A DNA stretch of 64,000 nt from an uncultured Eubacteriales bacterium (GTDB taxonomy: Bacteria; Bacillota; Clostridia; Oscillospirales; CAG-382): positions 445-64,444 of the forward strand of contig CAKSEL010000007.1 in the NCBI GenBank assembly GCA_934446675.1. Direction: 5' to 3'. Under the pieces are notes generated by a model. That model was not told where the DNA came from, did not search any database, and saw only the letters and a list, made by a program, of their open reading frames with translations. Positions 10,201 to 17,966 of the stretch are shown here, in pieces (position 1 is the first letter of the stretch; each line of letters starts with the position of its first letter). A program made the position numbers and the translations under genes.

Positions 10201-10829
10201 ATACAGCCGCTTATCGTACCGGAATTCTTGCCTGCGATACCGCCGGTATAACGCTTGCCCGAAATGCTTGCATACGACGTGCAGTTCCTTATATACGCGC
10301 CCTGTTTGTTTATTCCGGCAATACCGCCGATATAAAGGCTTCCCGAAAGAGTGCCCGTAAAGGTGCAGTCCGATATGGTGCCTTCGTTGCTTGCGGCAAT
10401 GCCTGCTATATAGTTATCCGTTCCCTTGGGACTTATATCTCCCGAAACGTTCAGATTCTTTATAACGCCGCTTTTAAGCACATATCTGAACAGAGCCTTA
10501 TATTCTCCGCCCGACGTTATTTTAAGTCCCTTTACGGTATGTCCCGCGCCGTCGAACACGCCCGAAAACGCAGGCACGCCCGAAAACGAGGTCTTTGAAA
10601 GGTCAATGTCGGCTTTCAGAACAAAGGTCTTGCCCGACGAATAGGTATCAAGCGTGCAGAGATCTGCAAATTCGAGAAAATCCTCGGTGCTCGAAATAAG
10701 ATACGTATTTTCCGCCGCGGCAGCCGATACATAAAGACCGGGAATATACGAAAGGCTCTGCAAAACCGGCGAAAACGCGCACATTAAACAAAGAACAAGG
10801 CTTATTATCTTTTTTGCCGTATTTTTCAT
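7260..10829 (-). CDS. Large surface protein: signal peptide, GLUG-motif repeats, ~430-aa acidic coiled-coil core, more GLUG repeats, B-repeat/Ig-like region, C-terminal TM anchor
   Basis: 1189 aa. Signal peptide MKNTAKKIISLVLCLMCAF. About 14 GGIAG/GGIVG-centred GLUG-type repeats. The central D/S/L-rich helical region resembles YhgE/Pip-type extracellular helical repeats. C-terminal TM LIYVLCGGILGIIAAVIAIVL is followed by KKKRRAKKQK. Its RBS (GGAGG) lies inside the last codons of the upstream MMPL gene. Confidence 0.8.
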   Translation of the reverse strand: MKNTAKKIISLVLCLMCAFSPVLQSLSYIPGLYVSAAAAENTYLISSTEDFLEFADLCTLDTYSSGKTFVLKADIDLSKTSFSGVPAFSGVFDGAGHTVKGLKITSGGEYKALFRYVLKSGVIKNLNVSGDISPKGTDNYIAGIAASNEGTISDCTFTGTLSGSLYIGGIAGINKQGAYIRNCTSYASISGKRYTGGIAGKNSGTISGCINNGDVNSYEKSTSTSLDGLDTDFSAALEKFRISREQNEESIVAGHSDAGGIAGFSDGTINNCRNNAVVGYQHIGYNIGGIAGRQSGYIENCSNYGRIYGRKDVGGIVGQAEPFIVLSISESALDKLKRELDGLNSEMNTLTDHASETSDDISQSVDSINGLTDEARKNAENLADGVTDFADENIDVVNDIFNTLSDTLDKLEPVTDEIRDGFDGLSESMDLLKKAVDNIDINLPDSDAAYDKLCDGVDEMQVSVDALSSAFDKLSLAMSDLEDAFVIKNKSKVKSAFKDMADSFALLVQANTKLGNSLDKIQGVMDELPPENIDEVLLIYKSLSKYLKNIAGSVSDMSDALNGIMNAMLTVSQNVEFDIDSFESFTDRLQSASKSLSFAMKKMNSAVDTLSDAIDEERTLYKDFANETADQINAACDDLSAAFDKLSETSDILSDAVDKTGDIISDLSEKDFKFVKISEETRTSSDNIFDAMESIGKEIDSINGKLSGKADTIDADLRKIYDRFSSINNVLKDAVDELRNNNLDDYLEDASEENIEATREGKVKSSRNYGKIDADRNVGGIAGSMAVEYTSDPEDDIEKPDTLNFTYRTKSILQECENFGRITGKKDCIGGIVGWMNLGTVYVCYGFGDVESTAGKYAGGVAGFSSSSVRKSYAKCAVSAEKYAGGIAGRAETLTGCVSVCRVSSDEAAGAVAGGFGDLEKIKDNIYVDSGVGAIDGVSYTGRATAVGFDAVSSIEGAPEALSKLKITFTDGDEDEPETLYVLYADYGSSLEAERIPEVPERDGFYGSWENISDCNNIRADVTVNALYLPYIETIESGILDGYTLPMIIAEGKFTDKAYINVKFGNTSPAASLHAKQTAVVLDAELFGTDLGENDITQVRILNPDKKKAAVWKLDDGKWKRLKSENRGSYIITEMSGKTETFCIIYGWRDAKSVTLIYVLCGGILGIIAAVIAIVLKKKRRAKKQKTTK

Positions 10830-10831
10830 GA

Positions 10832-13339
10832 TTATTTTACCTCCTCTTTGCTTTGCGGCGCGTCATTTTCGGCGTCGCTCTGTTTATCGGGACTGCCGTC
10901 ATCGGTCGTACCGCCGGTATTCTGCGTATCCGTACCGTTTTCCTTTACGCCGGACAGTTTTGCGTCTATCTCTCCGTTTACCGTACCGTAGAATATACCG
11001 TCAAGACGTCCGTTTACGTTTCCGTGGATTATTCCGTTTACGGCTGTTATGCCGCCTGTCGTAACGGTTCTTGTGCCTGCCTTGAATTTGAGCGAAGTCT
11101 TATCTATAATAAAGTCTCCGAGAAGCAGAAGCTGCGGAAGTATAAGCATTACGAGAACCATTGATATAAGAGTTCCGCGTCCTAAGCACGAACCTATGGA
11201 GCTTATTGCGGCGTCTGACGAAAGAAGTCCGATAAACGCGCCGGCGCAGGCAAGAATCGTACCCGATGTGAGTATTGTCGGGAACGCAAAGTTGAGAGAT
11301 TCGACAATAGCCTGCTTTTTGGGCATTGTCTGGCGGAATTCCGTATATCTGCTCGTAATTACTATCGCGTAGTCGATATTCGCGCCCATCTGAATAGAGC
11401 TTACAACCAGGTAGCTTAAGAAGAACAGCGGTTTGCTCTGAAGATATGGGAACGAGAAGTTTATCCATATACTTCCCTGAATTACAAGTATCAGTATAAC
11501 GGGAAGTCCTGCGGACTGGAACGTGAATAACAGTATTGCCATGACGAATACGACGGACAGCACGCTTATAAGCACATTATCCTGTCCGAAGGTGCTCGAA
11601 AGGTCAAAGTCGCTCGTAGAGTTTCCGGCAAGCACAACATCATCGCCGTAATATTTCTTTGCGGTATCTCTTACGGTGTCGAGAAAAGCAAATGTCTCCT
11701 CGCTCTCTTCCGGAATATTCAGGTCAAGCACAAGACGCGAATGTTTCGGACCTTTAAGCTGCTTTTTGCCGTCCTCAAGCTGTTCGTGAAGATCCTCAAG
11801 GTCGTCCATAAGATCGTCGTCAAGAGTTACGTACCCTTCGTCAACCTTATCATATACGAATGTAAACATATCTATAAGCGGAACGCCGTAGGAGTCTATT
11901 CCGCCGACTACCGCGCCGTAGTTTTCCGAATCGACGGCATATGCGGCATACAGAAAGTCAACGACTTCTATATCCATGTCTATAAGCTCAGAGAAATTTC
12001 TCGGCGTAAGCTTATCCGCAAGGCAGTATCCGTCTATCGCCTCGATATTTGCAATGCCCATTGCGGTGTCTATCTCGTCATAGGCTTCAAGCTCGGTAAG
12101 CAGAGCCTTTTCCTTTTCGTAATCTCCCGTCGGGACAAGAACCGCAAGCGTGTTTGAACTGCGGAAGGTATCGCGTATCATCTCGTCGGCGATCTGCGAA
12201 TCGTTCTTGGCTATTGTGGTAAGATTTGTGTAGCTGTACGCATACGGGCACATATTCGAGAAGAAAAATCCTGCGACTATAAGCACCGCAAATATCACGG
12301 GAGTTATGTATCTGAGCTTTACAACGATCTTGCCCCAGATATTTATTTTCGGAACAAAGTTTTTGTGGTGCGTCTTGTCTATAAGCGCCGAGAAGGACAT
12401 GAGAAGTCCCGGCATGAGCGTGAACACGCAGACAATGCTGAGCAGCACCGCCTTTATGAGTATGATACCCATATCATAGCCGAGTCTGAAATGCATGAAC
12501 ATCATTGCCGCAAGTCCCGAAAGCGTTGTAAGACAGCTGCCGGAGATTTCGGGTATCGCCTTTGAAAGCGCCGTGATAACAGCCTCTCTCGCGTTCATCT
12601 TTTCGCGTTCCTCGGTATATCTGTGGCAGAGTATTATCGCGTAGTCGATAGCAAGCGCAAGCTGGAGTATTACGGCTATCGAGTTTGATACGAACGATAT
12701 GGTTCCGAACATATAGTTTGTGCCTACGTTAAGCAGCGCCGCCATTCCGAAGGTCAGAAGCATTACCGGAATTTCCATATACGTCTGCGACGTAAAGAAC
12801 AGAACTATAAGTATAATAATTACGGTTATCACCATTACGACGTTTATCTCGTTCTGAATGGTGTTTGCCTTTGTGTCGCCAAGCTCTGCCGAAACGTAGG
12901 TGTCGTATCCCTCAAGTAGCTTTTGCGCGTTCTCAAGAGCCTCCGCGCTTATGGGATCGTCATCCTCGCCGTCAAAGGTCAGCGTAAACATCGCCGCGGA
13001 ATTTGCATAGTGCTTTTCGGTGTCGTCAAACGCAACCTCTTTTACGCCCTCGACGTCCTCAAGCCTGCTGCAAAGACTTTCCGCCGTATCGTAGGAAATG
13101 TTGTCCACCATTATCTGCGCCGTGGCATACGTCACAAATTCCTCGTCCATTATGGAAAGTCCTATGTGCGTTTCGGTGTCGTCGGCAAGATAGTCCGATA
13201 TGTCGTTGTTTACCTTTACCCAGCCGTTTGAAACAACGCTGAACACGGCAAGGCATATGTACACAAGATAAAACGCCTTTCGTTTGTCTACTATGAACGC
13301 CGCAGCCTTCTCCACCGGCGACGTCTTGTTATTTCCCAT
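10832..13339 (-). CDS. MMPL/RND-superfamily membrane transporter with a C-terminal bactofilin-like tail
   Basis: 835 aa with two 6-TM bundles separated by large extracytoplasmic domains, the typical firmicute MMPL layout. Its stop is 2 nt from the start of the GLUG gene. The last ~90 aa are not membrane-like. Confidence 0.85.
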   Translation of the reverse strand: MGNNKTSPVEKAAAFIVDKRKAFYLVYICLAVFSVVSNGWVKVNNDISDYLADDTETHIGLSIMDEEFVTYATAQIMVDNISYDTAESLCSRLEDVEGVKEVAFDDTEKHYANSAAMFTLTFDGEDDDPISAEALENAQKLLEGYDTYVSAELGDTKANTIQNEINVVMVITVIIILIVLFFTSQTYMEIPVMLLTFGMAALLNVGTNYMFGTISFVSNSIAVILQLALAIDYAIILCHRYTEEREKMNAREAVITALSKAIPEISGSCLTTLSGLAAMMFMHFRLGYDMGIILIKAVLLSIVCVFTLMPGLLMSFSALIDKTHHKNFVPKINIWGKIVVKLRYITPVIFAVLIVAGFFFSNMCPYAYSYTNLTTIAKNDSQIADEMIRDTFRSSNTLAVLVPTGDYEKEKALLTELEAYDEIDTAMGIANIEAIDGYCLADKLTPRNFSELIDMDIEVVDFLYAAYAVDSENYGAVVGGIDSYGVPLIDMFTFVYDKVDEGYVTLDDDLMDDLEDLHEQLEDGKKQLKGPKHSRLVLDLNIPEESEETFAFLDTVRDTAKKYYGDDVVLAGNSTSDFDLSSTFGQDNVLISVLSVVFVMAILLFTFQSAGLPVILILVIQGSIWINFSFPYLQSKPLFFLSYLVVSSIQMGANIDYAIVITSRYTEFRQTMPKKQAIVESLNFAFPTILTSGTILACAGAFIGLLSSDAAISSIGSCLGRGTLISMVLVMLILPQLLLLGDFIIDKTSLKFKAGTRTVTTGGITAVNGIIHGNVNGRLDGIFYGTVNGEIDAKLSGVKENGTDTQNTGGTTDDGSPDKQSDAENDAPQSKEEVK

Positions 13340-13383
13340 AATTTCACAACACTCCTCATCACAAAAATTTAACCGAAAAGATT

Positions 13384-13399
13384 ATTGACAAATGTCAAT
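13384..13399. promoter_or_regulatory. Candidate TetR operator (inverted repeat)
   Basis: ATTGACA-AA-TGTCAAT, 7-bp perfect arms. It overlaps the -35 of the tetR promoter and lies just downstream of the predicted MMPL-operon start site. Confidence 0.5.
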
Positions 13400-13413
13400 T
13401 AAAAGAATATAAT
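13385..13413 (+). promoter_or_regulatory. Sigma-70-type promoter of the TetR gene
   Basis: TTGACA (13385-13390), 17-nt spacer, TATAAT (13408-13413). Confidence 0.55.
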
Positions 13414-13415
13414 AT

Positions 13416-13444
13416 ATTATATCAGCAAAAGTACATCATTTCAA
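13416..13444 (-). promoter_or_regulatory. Sigma-70-type promoter of the MMPL/GLUG operon
   Basis: Minus strand: TTGAAA (13444-13439), 17-nt spacer, TATAAT (13421-13416). Its -10 abuts the tetR -10 within the palindromic TATAATATATTATA. Confidence 0.5.
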
Positions 13445-13507
13445 GACACAATTATTAAATTCACATTACAAATATGCAAAAATTATGATAATATGAAAGG
13501 CAGCACC

Positions 13508-14086
13508 ATGAATACAACAACCGACAGACGCGTCAGACGCACAAAAAAGCAGCTTACGGACAGTCTTGCAAAGCTGTTATGCGAAAAGCCGCTAAAGAAT
13601 ATAACGGTAAGAGAAATATCCGAGCTTGCGGATATAAGCCGCGGAACCTTCTATCTTCACTACCGCGACGTATACGATATGGTAGAACAGCTCCAGAACG
13701 AGATGTTTGAAAAGCTTAACGACATAATAGACGGCTGCGACAAAGAAGCGCCGGCGGAAAGGCTAAACAGCATATTAAAAGCCATGCTCGAGCTGCTTGA
13801 CGAAAACAGGGAGCTTTCAAAGTGCCTGCTCAGCAAAAACGGAGACGCCGTGTTTACCGACCGCGTAAAACAGCAGATACTCACGAGATGTTTCCAGCCG
13901 ATATACGACAACCGTTCGTTCAATCCCGCGATAGACTTCAAGTATTTTTCAAACTTTATAATTTCCGGCAGCGTCGGCGTTATAAGCGAATGGCTTGAAA
14001 CGGGCAGCCTTGACACTCCCGACGAAATTGCGGCGCTTCTCGAATCCCTCATCAAAAACGGGGCGTCGGCTCTTATAAATATGTAA
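13508..14086 (+). CDS. TetR/AcrR family transcriptional regulator
   Basis: Start at MNTTTDRR (GAAAGG 7 nt upstream). N-terminal HTH ITVREISELADISRGTFYLHY. Divergent from the MMPL gene. Confidence 0.9.
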   Translation: MNTTTDRRVRRTKKQLTDSLAKLLCEKPLKNITVREISELADISRGTFYLHYRDVYDMVEQLQNEMFEKLNDIIDGCDKEAPAERLNSILKAMLELLDENRELSKCLLSKNGDAVFTDRVKQQILTRCFQPIYDNRSFNPAIDFKYFSNFIISGSVGVISEWLETGSLDTPDEIAALLESLIKNGASALINM

Positions 14087-14109
14087 AAACAAGGCTTTAT
14101 ATTACAAAT

Positions 14110-14176
14110 CAGACCTTTGCAAAGCTGTTTTCCGCACAGTCTTACGGAAAAGCAGGTAAAGGTCTGTTTTTATTTT
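14110..14176 (+). terminator. Rho-independent terminator (long hairpin)
   Basis: CAGACCTTT (14110-14118) pairs with AAAGGTCTG (14158-14166) around an inner stem, then TTTTTATTTT. Confidence 0.6.
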
Positions 14177-14259
14177 GCAAAAATACGGCAAAGTGCATAA
14201 TTTGTCCTACGAAAGCAAATAATAGCTGCGAACATAAAAAATGAAAGGAAGAAGATACA

Positions 14260-15609
14260 GTGAAAATATCAAAAAAGACATTGTGCCTGACAGCAGCCTT
14301 TGCAATAGCCGTTCTCACGGCGGCAGCCCAGTTTGCCTCGCTCTCTCCGGCAATAGACGTTATAAAGGACAGCATGGAACTTAAAAAATGCGGAGTTATA
14401 AACTGCGACGTAATGTTCTCGCAGAACGACTTTGACTCGTCGCTTACCGAAAAGGTCGAATACGTCACAATCTCGTCTCTGCCGGACAGCTCCGTCGGAA
14501 CTCTCTGCCTTAAAGACGTGCCGGTAATTCAAAACCAGACCGTCTCGCGCGAAAATCTCGGCGAACTGCGCTTTGTTCCTGCCAAAGATACCGCCGGAAA
14601 CACAAGTTTTAACTTTTCCGACGCACGCGACAGCAGCGTAAGCGCCGTATGCACGGTAAACGTGCTTGATGAAATTAATTTAAGCCCCGAAACCGCCGAC
14701 CAGACGCTTACAACGCAGAAAAACATTGCCGCGTTCAAGTTTCTGATGGCAGCCGATCCCGAAAACGACAGCATGACCTTTAACGTGGTAAGTTACCCGA
14801 AAAACGGCTTTGTCTCGCTTAAGGATTCTTCAAACGGCGGCTTTGAATACGTCCCGTCGGACGGATATATCGGCAAGGACAGCTTTGTATACACCGCGAC
14901 AGACGTATACGGCAACACCTCGTCTCCGGCAAAGGTCAGCATAGACGTAATAAAGCCCGCGTCGGACGTATACTTTGACGACATGAAAGACCACTGGGCG
15001 CACAACAGCGCCGTTGAAATGGCTGCAACCGGTCTTATGTGCGGCACGGACGAGGACGGAAAGCTCATGTTCTATCCCGAAAGCGGCATTTCGCGCGGAG
15101 ATTTTCTTGCAATATCGCTTATTATGGCAGGACGCGAAAACGATATACCAGAGGTGTCCGTCACAAGCTTTGCCGACGACGGCTCCATTCCGTCAAACAT
15201 CAAAAGCTACGCCGAATACGCGCTTAAAAACGGCATAATTTCGGGCTATACTTCACCCGACGGAATAAATTTCAAAAGTACCGAACCCATAACGCGCTCC
15301 CAGGCAGCCGTGATTGTGGATAAGCTGCTCTCGCTTCCCGAAATCTCCTCCGACAGCCGCGAATTCAGCGACGCGTCAGCCGTTCCCGACTGGGCAAACA
15401 GCTCTGTATGCTCTCTTGCCGCCTGCGGTATTCTCAACGGCAACGGCAGCGGAGAGATATCTCCCGAAAGCACTCTTACAAAGGGTCAGGCGGCTCAGAT
15501 GCTGTGCAATGTCTCGGATTATCTCGAAAGCCGCGAAAACGAACAGCGCGACAGTGAAAAAGACGCGCCCAAAAAGAATATTTTTAATCTGTTCGGACTT
15601 TTGGGATAA
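14260..15609 (+). CDS. Secreted protein with a cadherin-like/Ig-like repeat and C-terminal SLH domains
   Basis: GTG start and signal peptide KISKKTLCLTAAFAIAVLTAAA. The segment FNVVSYPKNGFVSLKDSSNGGFEYVPSDGYIGKDSFVYTATDVYGNTS is typical of cadherin-like/VCBS-type repeats. SLH-like repeats follow from FDDMKDHWAHNSAVEMA. Confidence 0.75.
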   Translation: MKISKKTLCLTAAFAIAVLTAAAQFASLSPAIDVIKDSMELKKCGVINCDVMFSQNDFDSSLTEKVEYVTISSLPDSSVGTLCLKDVPVIQNQTVSRENLGELRFVPAKDTAGNTSFNFSDARDSSVSAVCTVNVLDEINLSPETADQTLTTQKNIAAFKFLMAADPENDSMTFNVVSYPKNGFVSLKDSSNGGFEYVPSDGYIGKDSFVYTATDVYGNTSSPAKVSIDVIKPASDVYFDDMKDHWAHNSAVEMAATGLMCGTDEDGKLMFYPESGISRGDFLAISLIMAGRENDIPEVSVTSFADDGSIPSNIKSYAEYALKNGIISGYTSPDGINFKSTEPITRSQAAVIVDKLLSLPEISSDSREFSDASAVPDWANSSVCSLAACGILNGNGSGEISPESTLTKGQAAQMLCNVSDYLESRENEQRDSEKDAPKKNIFNLFGLLG

Positions 15610-15633
15610 GCGTCAATAAACGTATAACCTTGC

Positions 15634-15671
15634 TTACCCGGCTTATTTTATCTGAGCCGGGTAATTTTTTT
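15634..15671 (+). terminator. Rho-independent terminator
   Basis: TTACCCGGCT / AGCCGGGTAA 10-bp stem followed by T8. Confidence 0.8.
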
Positions 15672-15985
15672 GCGCCGTAATCAAAACATATAAAAACTAT
15701 TGAAAAACCTCTTACTTTGCGGCACGATATAATCAATTGTAATTGTTTTCGCGGACAAAACAAAGCTTTCCTCCGAGAAAAACTACATATCTTCTGACAG
15801 GCTCAAAAAGAGCATAAACACCGTGGATTCGGAGAATTCAGAAAACCGAAATTCCGACGAAAAGAGCAGTCACGCGTATAGCATCGTTTCAGCAATCGGA
15901 ACAATTCGTTTGACTTACGATATCTGACAGAACCGTTTATCACACAGAATGGGATCAAGGCTAAGTTTCCAATGTGATAAAGCAA

Positions 15986-17212
15986 TCATCTCAAACCGCA
16001 CATTTTTTTGACATCAGCAAGGCTCATATTGTTCTCTCTTGCAATACGTGCAAGATCCTCAAATTCGTACTTTTCTCTTGTAACGCCGAATCCCGACGAT
16101 ATCTTTTTACGCACTTGTCCGTATTCAGTCATTACCGAATCAAAAGAGCGTGAAAGGGTATATCTTCGGCTGATATTCTCCCTCACCCCGAGAGTTGTTG
16201 TATGCCTGAATATCAGACGTATTATTTCATCTTTATTCTTTTCACAGCACATAACCGTAAGCAGCGTTCCCGGTCTGGATTTCTTCATTTGCACCGGTGC
16301 CGTATATACTTCAACAGCTCCGGCAGCAAAGAAACGTTCTTGTGCAAATCCTATCGCCTCGGCAGTCATGTCATCAAGATTGCAGACAAGTTCAACGATT
16401 GTATCACTCTTTTCATTCGTCTCGCCAAGCAGTGCTCTTACGCAGTTTGCATTTTCAAAATCCTTTTTTCCCATACCGTAACCTATTGCCGACACTTTCA
16501 TTACCGGCATATCTCCAAAGTCCGACGCAAAATGTTTAAGCAGTGCGGTGCCGGTAGGAGTACACAGCTCACTTTTGATTTCGCCGCTGTAAAAAGGAAT
16601 GCCCTGCAGAATATATGCTGTTGCAGGTGCCGGAACCGGCAGAATTCCGTGGGCGCATTTTACCTGACCGCTGCCCGTATTTACAGGTGATACCACAACA
16701 TTCTCTGCGGACAGGTATTCCATTAACATACAAACCGCCGTTATATCCGCAACAGCGTCCATTGTCCCCACTTCGTGAAAATGTATCTGTGAGACGGGAA
16801 CGCCATGAACATGGCTTTCCGCCTGTGCGATAATTGAATAAACCGCCATAATATCGTTCTTTACCTTTTCCGACACATTCAGATTCTCAATAATGTGCTC
16901 TATCGCGTGCATACTGCTGTGGTGATGCGTATGTTCTTCACCATGCGAATGTATGTGGTCATGATGTAAGTGCTGACCGTTTTCATGCGAGTGCGGCATT
17001 TCCGATTCCACTTCTCCGCCGGCTTTTACCGTAATATGTGTGCCTTTGATTCCGCACTTTACCGAAGTTTCGCATATAAATTCAACTTCCGGAATACCGG
17101 CATGATTAAGCTTATCAACAAATTCCGCCTTGTCGGAAACAAGTTCAAGCAATGCCGCCGTAAGCATATCTCCGGCTGCTCCCATACCGCAGTCCAAATA
17201 TAGTGTTTTCAA
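15986..17212 (-). CDS. larC: Nickel-pincer cofactor biosynthesis protein LarC (nickel insertion, DUF111 family)
   Basis: 408 aa with a TTG start 1 nt after the larB stop. N-terminus MKTLYLDCGMGAAGDMLTAALLEL. His-rich metal segment HSHENGQHLHHDHIHSHGEEHTHHH. Confidence 0.9.
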   Translation of the reverse strand: MKTLYLDCGMGAAGDMLTAALLELVSDKAEFVDKLNHAGIPEVEFICETSVKCGIKGTHITVKAGGEVESEMPHSHENGQHLHHDHIHSHGEEHTHHHSSMHAIEHIIENLNVSEKVKNDIMAVYSIIAQAESHVHGVPVSQIHFHEVGTMDAVADITAVCMLMEYLSAENVVVSPVNTGSGQVKCAHGILPVPAPATAYILQGIPFYSGEIKSELCTPTGTALLKHFASDFGDMPVMKVSAIGYGMGKKDFENANCVRALLGETNEKSDTIVELVCNLDDMTAEAIGFAQERFFAAGAVEVYTAPVQMKKSRPGTLLTVMCCEKNKDEIIRLIFRHTTTLGVRENISRRYTLSRSFDSVMTEYGQVRKKISSGFGVTREKYEFEDLARIARENNMSLADVKKMCGLR

Positions 17213-17213
17213 T

Positions 17214-17966
17214 TTATTTTACCTCCATATGATTAATCATGCTTGCAAGATACCCTGCCCCGAATCCATTGTCGATATTGACCGCAGACACTCCGCTTGC
17301 ACAGGAATTCAGCATAGATAAAAGAGCGGATAGTCCGTTGAATGACGCACCGTATCCGACGCTTGTGGGAACTGCTATTACCGGACAGTCCGCAAGTCCT
17401 CCGATCACACTTGCAAGCGCGCCCTCCATTCCGGCTACGGCAATTATAACGCTTGCGCTCATTATTTCGTCAAGGTGTGACAGCAGCCTGTGCAGTCCGG
17501 CAACGCCGACATCATATAACCGCACAACTTCATTTCCGTGCACTTCCGCGGTAAGCGCAGCCTCCTCAGCCACCGGAATATCGCTTGTTCCGCCAGTTGC
17601 CACAACAATTTTACCGATCCCGTCAGCGTCCGGAATTTTCCCTATGATTCCGATTTTTGACTGTTCATGATAATCAATATCGTATCTTTCGGCTATTTTT
17701 TCGGCAGCTTCCGTATAAAGCCTTGTAACAAGTATGGTCTTCTGCCCGTTTTGCCTCATTTTTTCTATTATCCCTATTATCTGTTCCGGAGTTTTACCGG
17801 CTCCGTATATAACCTCCGGCATACCTTGACGAATATTGCGGTGCAAATCTATTTTAGCATAGCCTATGTCCTCAAACGGTTCTTTTTTCAAAGCCAATAC
17901 AGCGTCGTCAACCAAAATACTCCCGTCGCGTACTTTTTCCAATATTGTTTTTAAACCGGTCTTCAT
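17214..17966 (-). CDS. larB: Nickel-pincer cofactor biosynthesis protein LarB (PurE-like carboxylase/hydrolase)
   Basis: 250 aa. DLHRNIRQGMPEVIYGAGKTPEQI and a PurE-like C-terminal half. ATGA start/stop overlap with larE. Confidence 0.9.
   Translation of the reverse strand: MKTGLKTILEKVRDGSILVDDAVLALKKEPFEDIGYAKIDLHRNIRQGMPEVIYGAGKTPEQIIGIIEKMRQNGQKTILVTRLYTEAAEKIAERYDIDYHEQSKIGIIGKIPDADGIGKIVVATGGTSDIPVAEEAALTAEVHGNEVVRLYDVGVAGLHRLLSHLDEIMSASVIIAVAGMEGALASVIGGLADCPVIAVPTSVGYGASFNGLSALLSMLNSCASGVSAVNIDNGFGAGYLASMINHMEVK

Noticed and set aside
7260-10829. Short periodic DNA repeats, considered as a CRISPR-like or tandem-repeat array
   Set aside because: The periodicity comes from in-frame GGIAG/GLUG protein repeats of variable spacing inside one long ORF. 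There are no identical direct repeats with unique spacers.
15700-15733. TTGAAA ... TATAAT pair, considered as a promoter for a plus-strand sRNA
   Set aside because: The spacer is 22 nt, too long for a sigma-70 promoter. Only the -10 is credible, so no promoter feature is called.
15803-15985. 60-aa minus-strand ORF abutting the larC stop
   Set aside because: It has no RBS, and the start is immediately after the stop with no coupling signal. The product is Cys/Arg/Phe-rich with no motif. The region is kept only as an unexplained non-coding segment.
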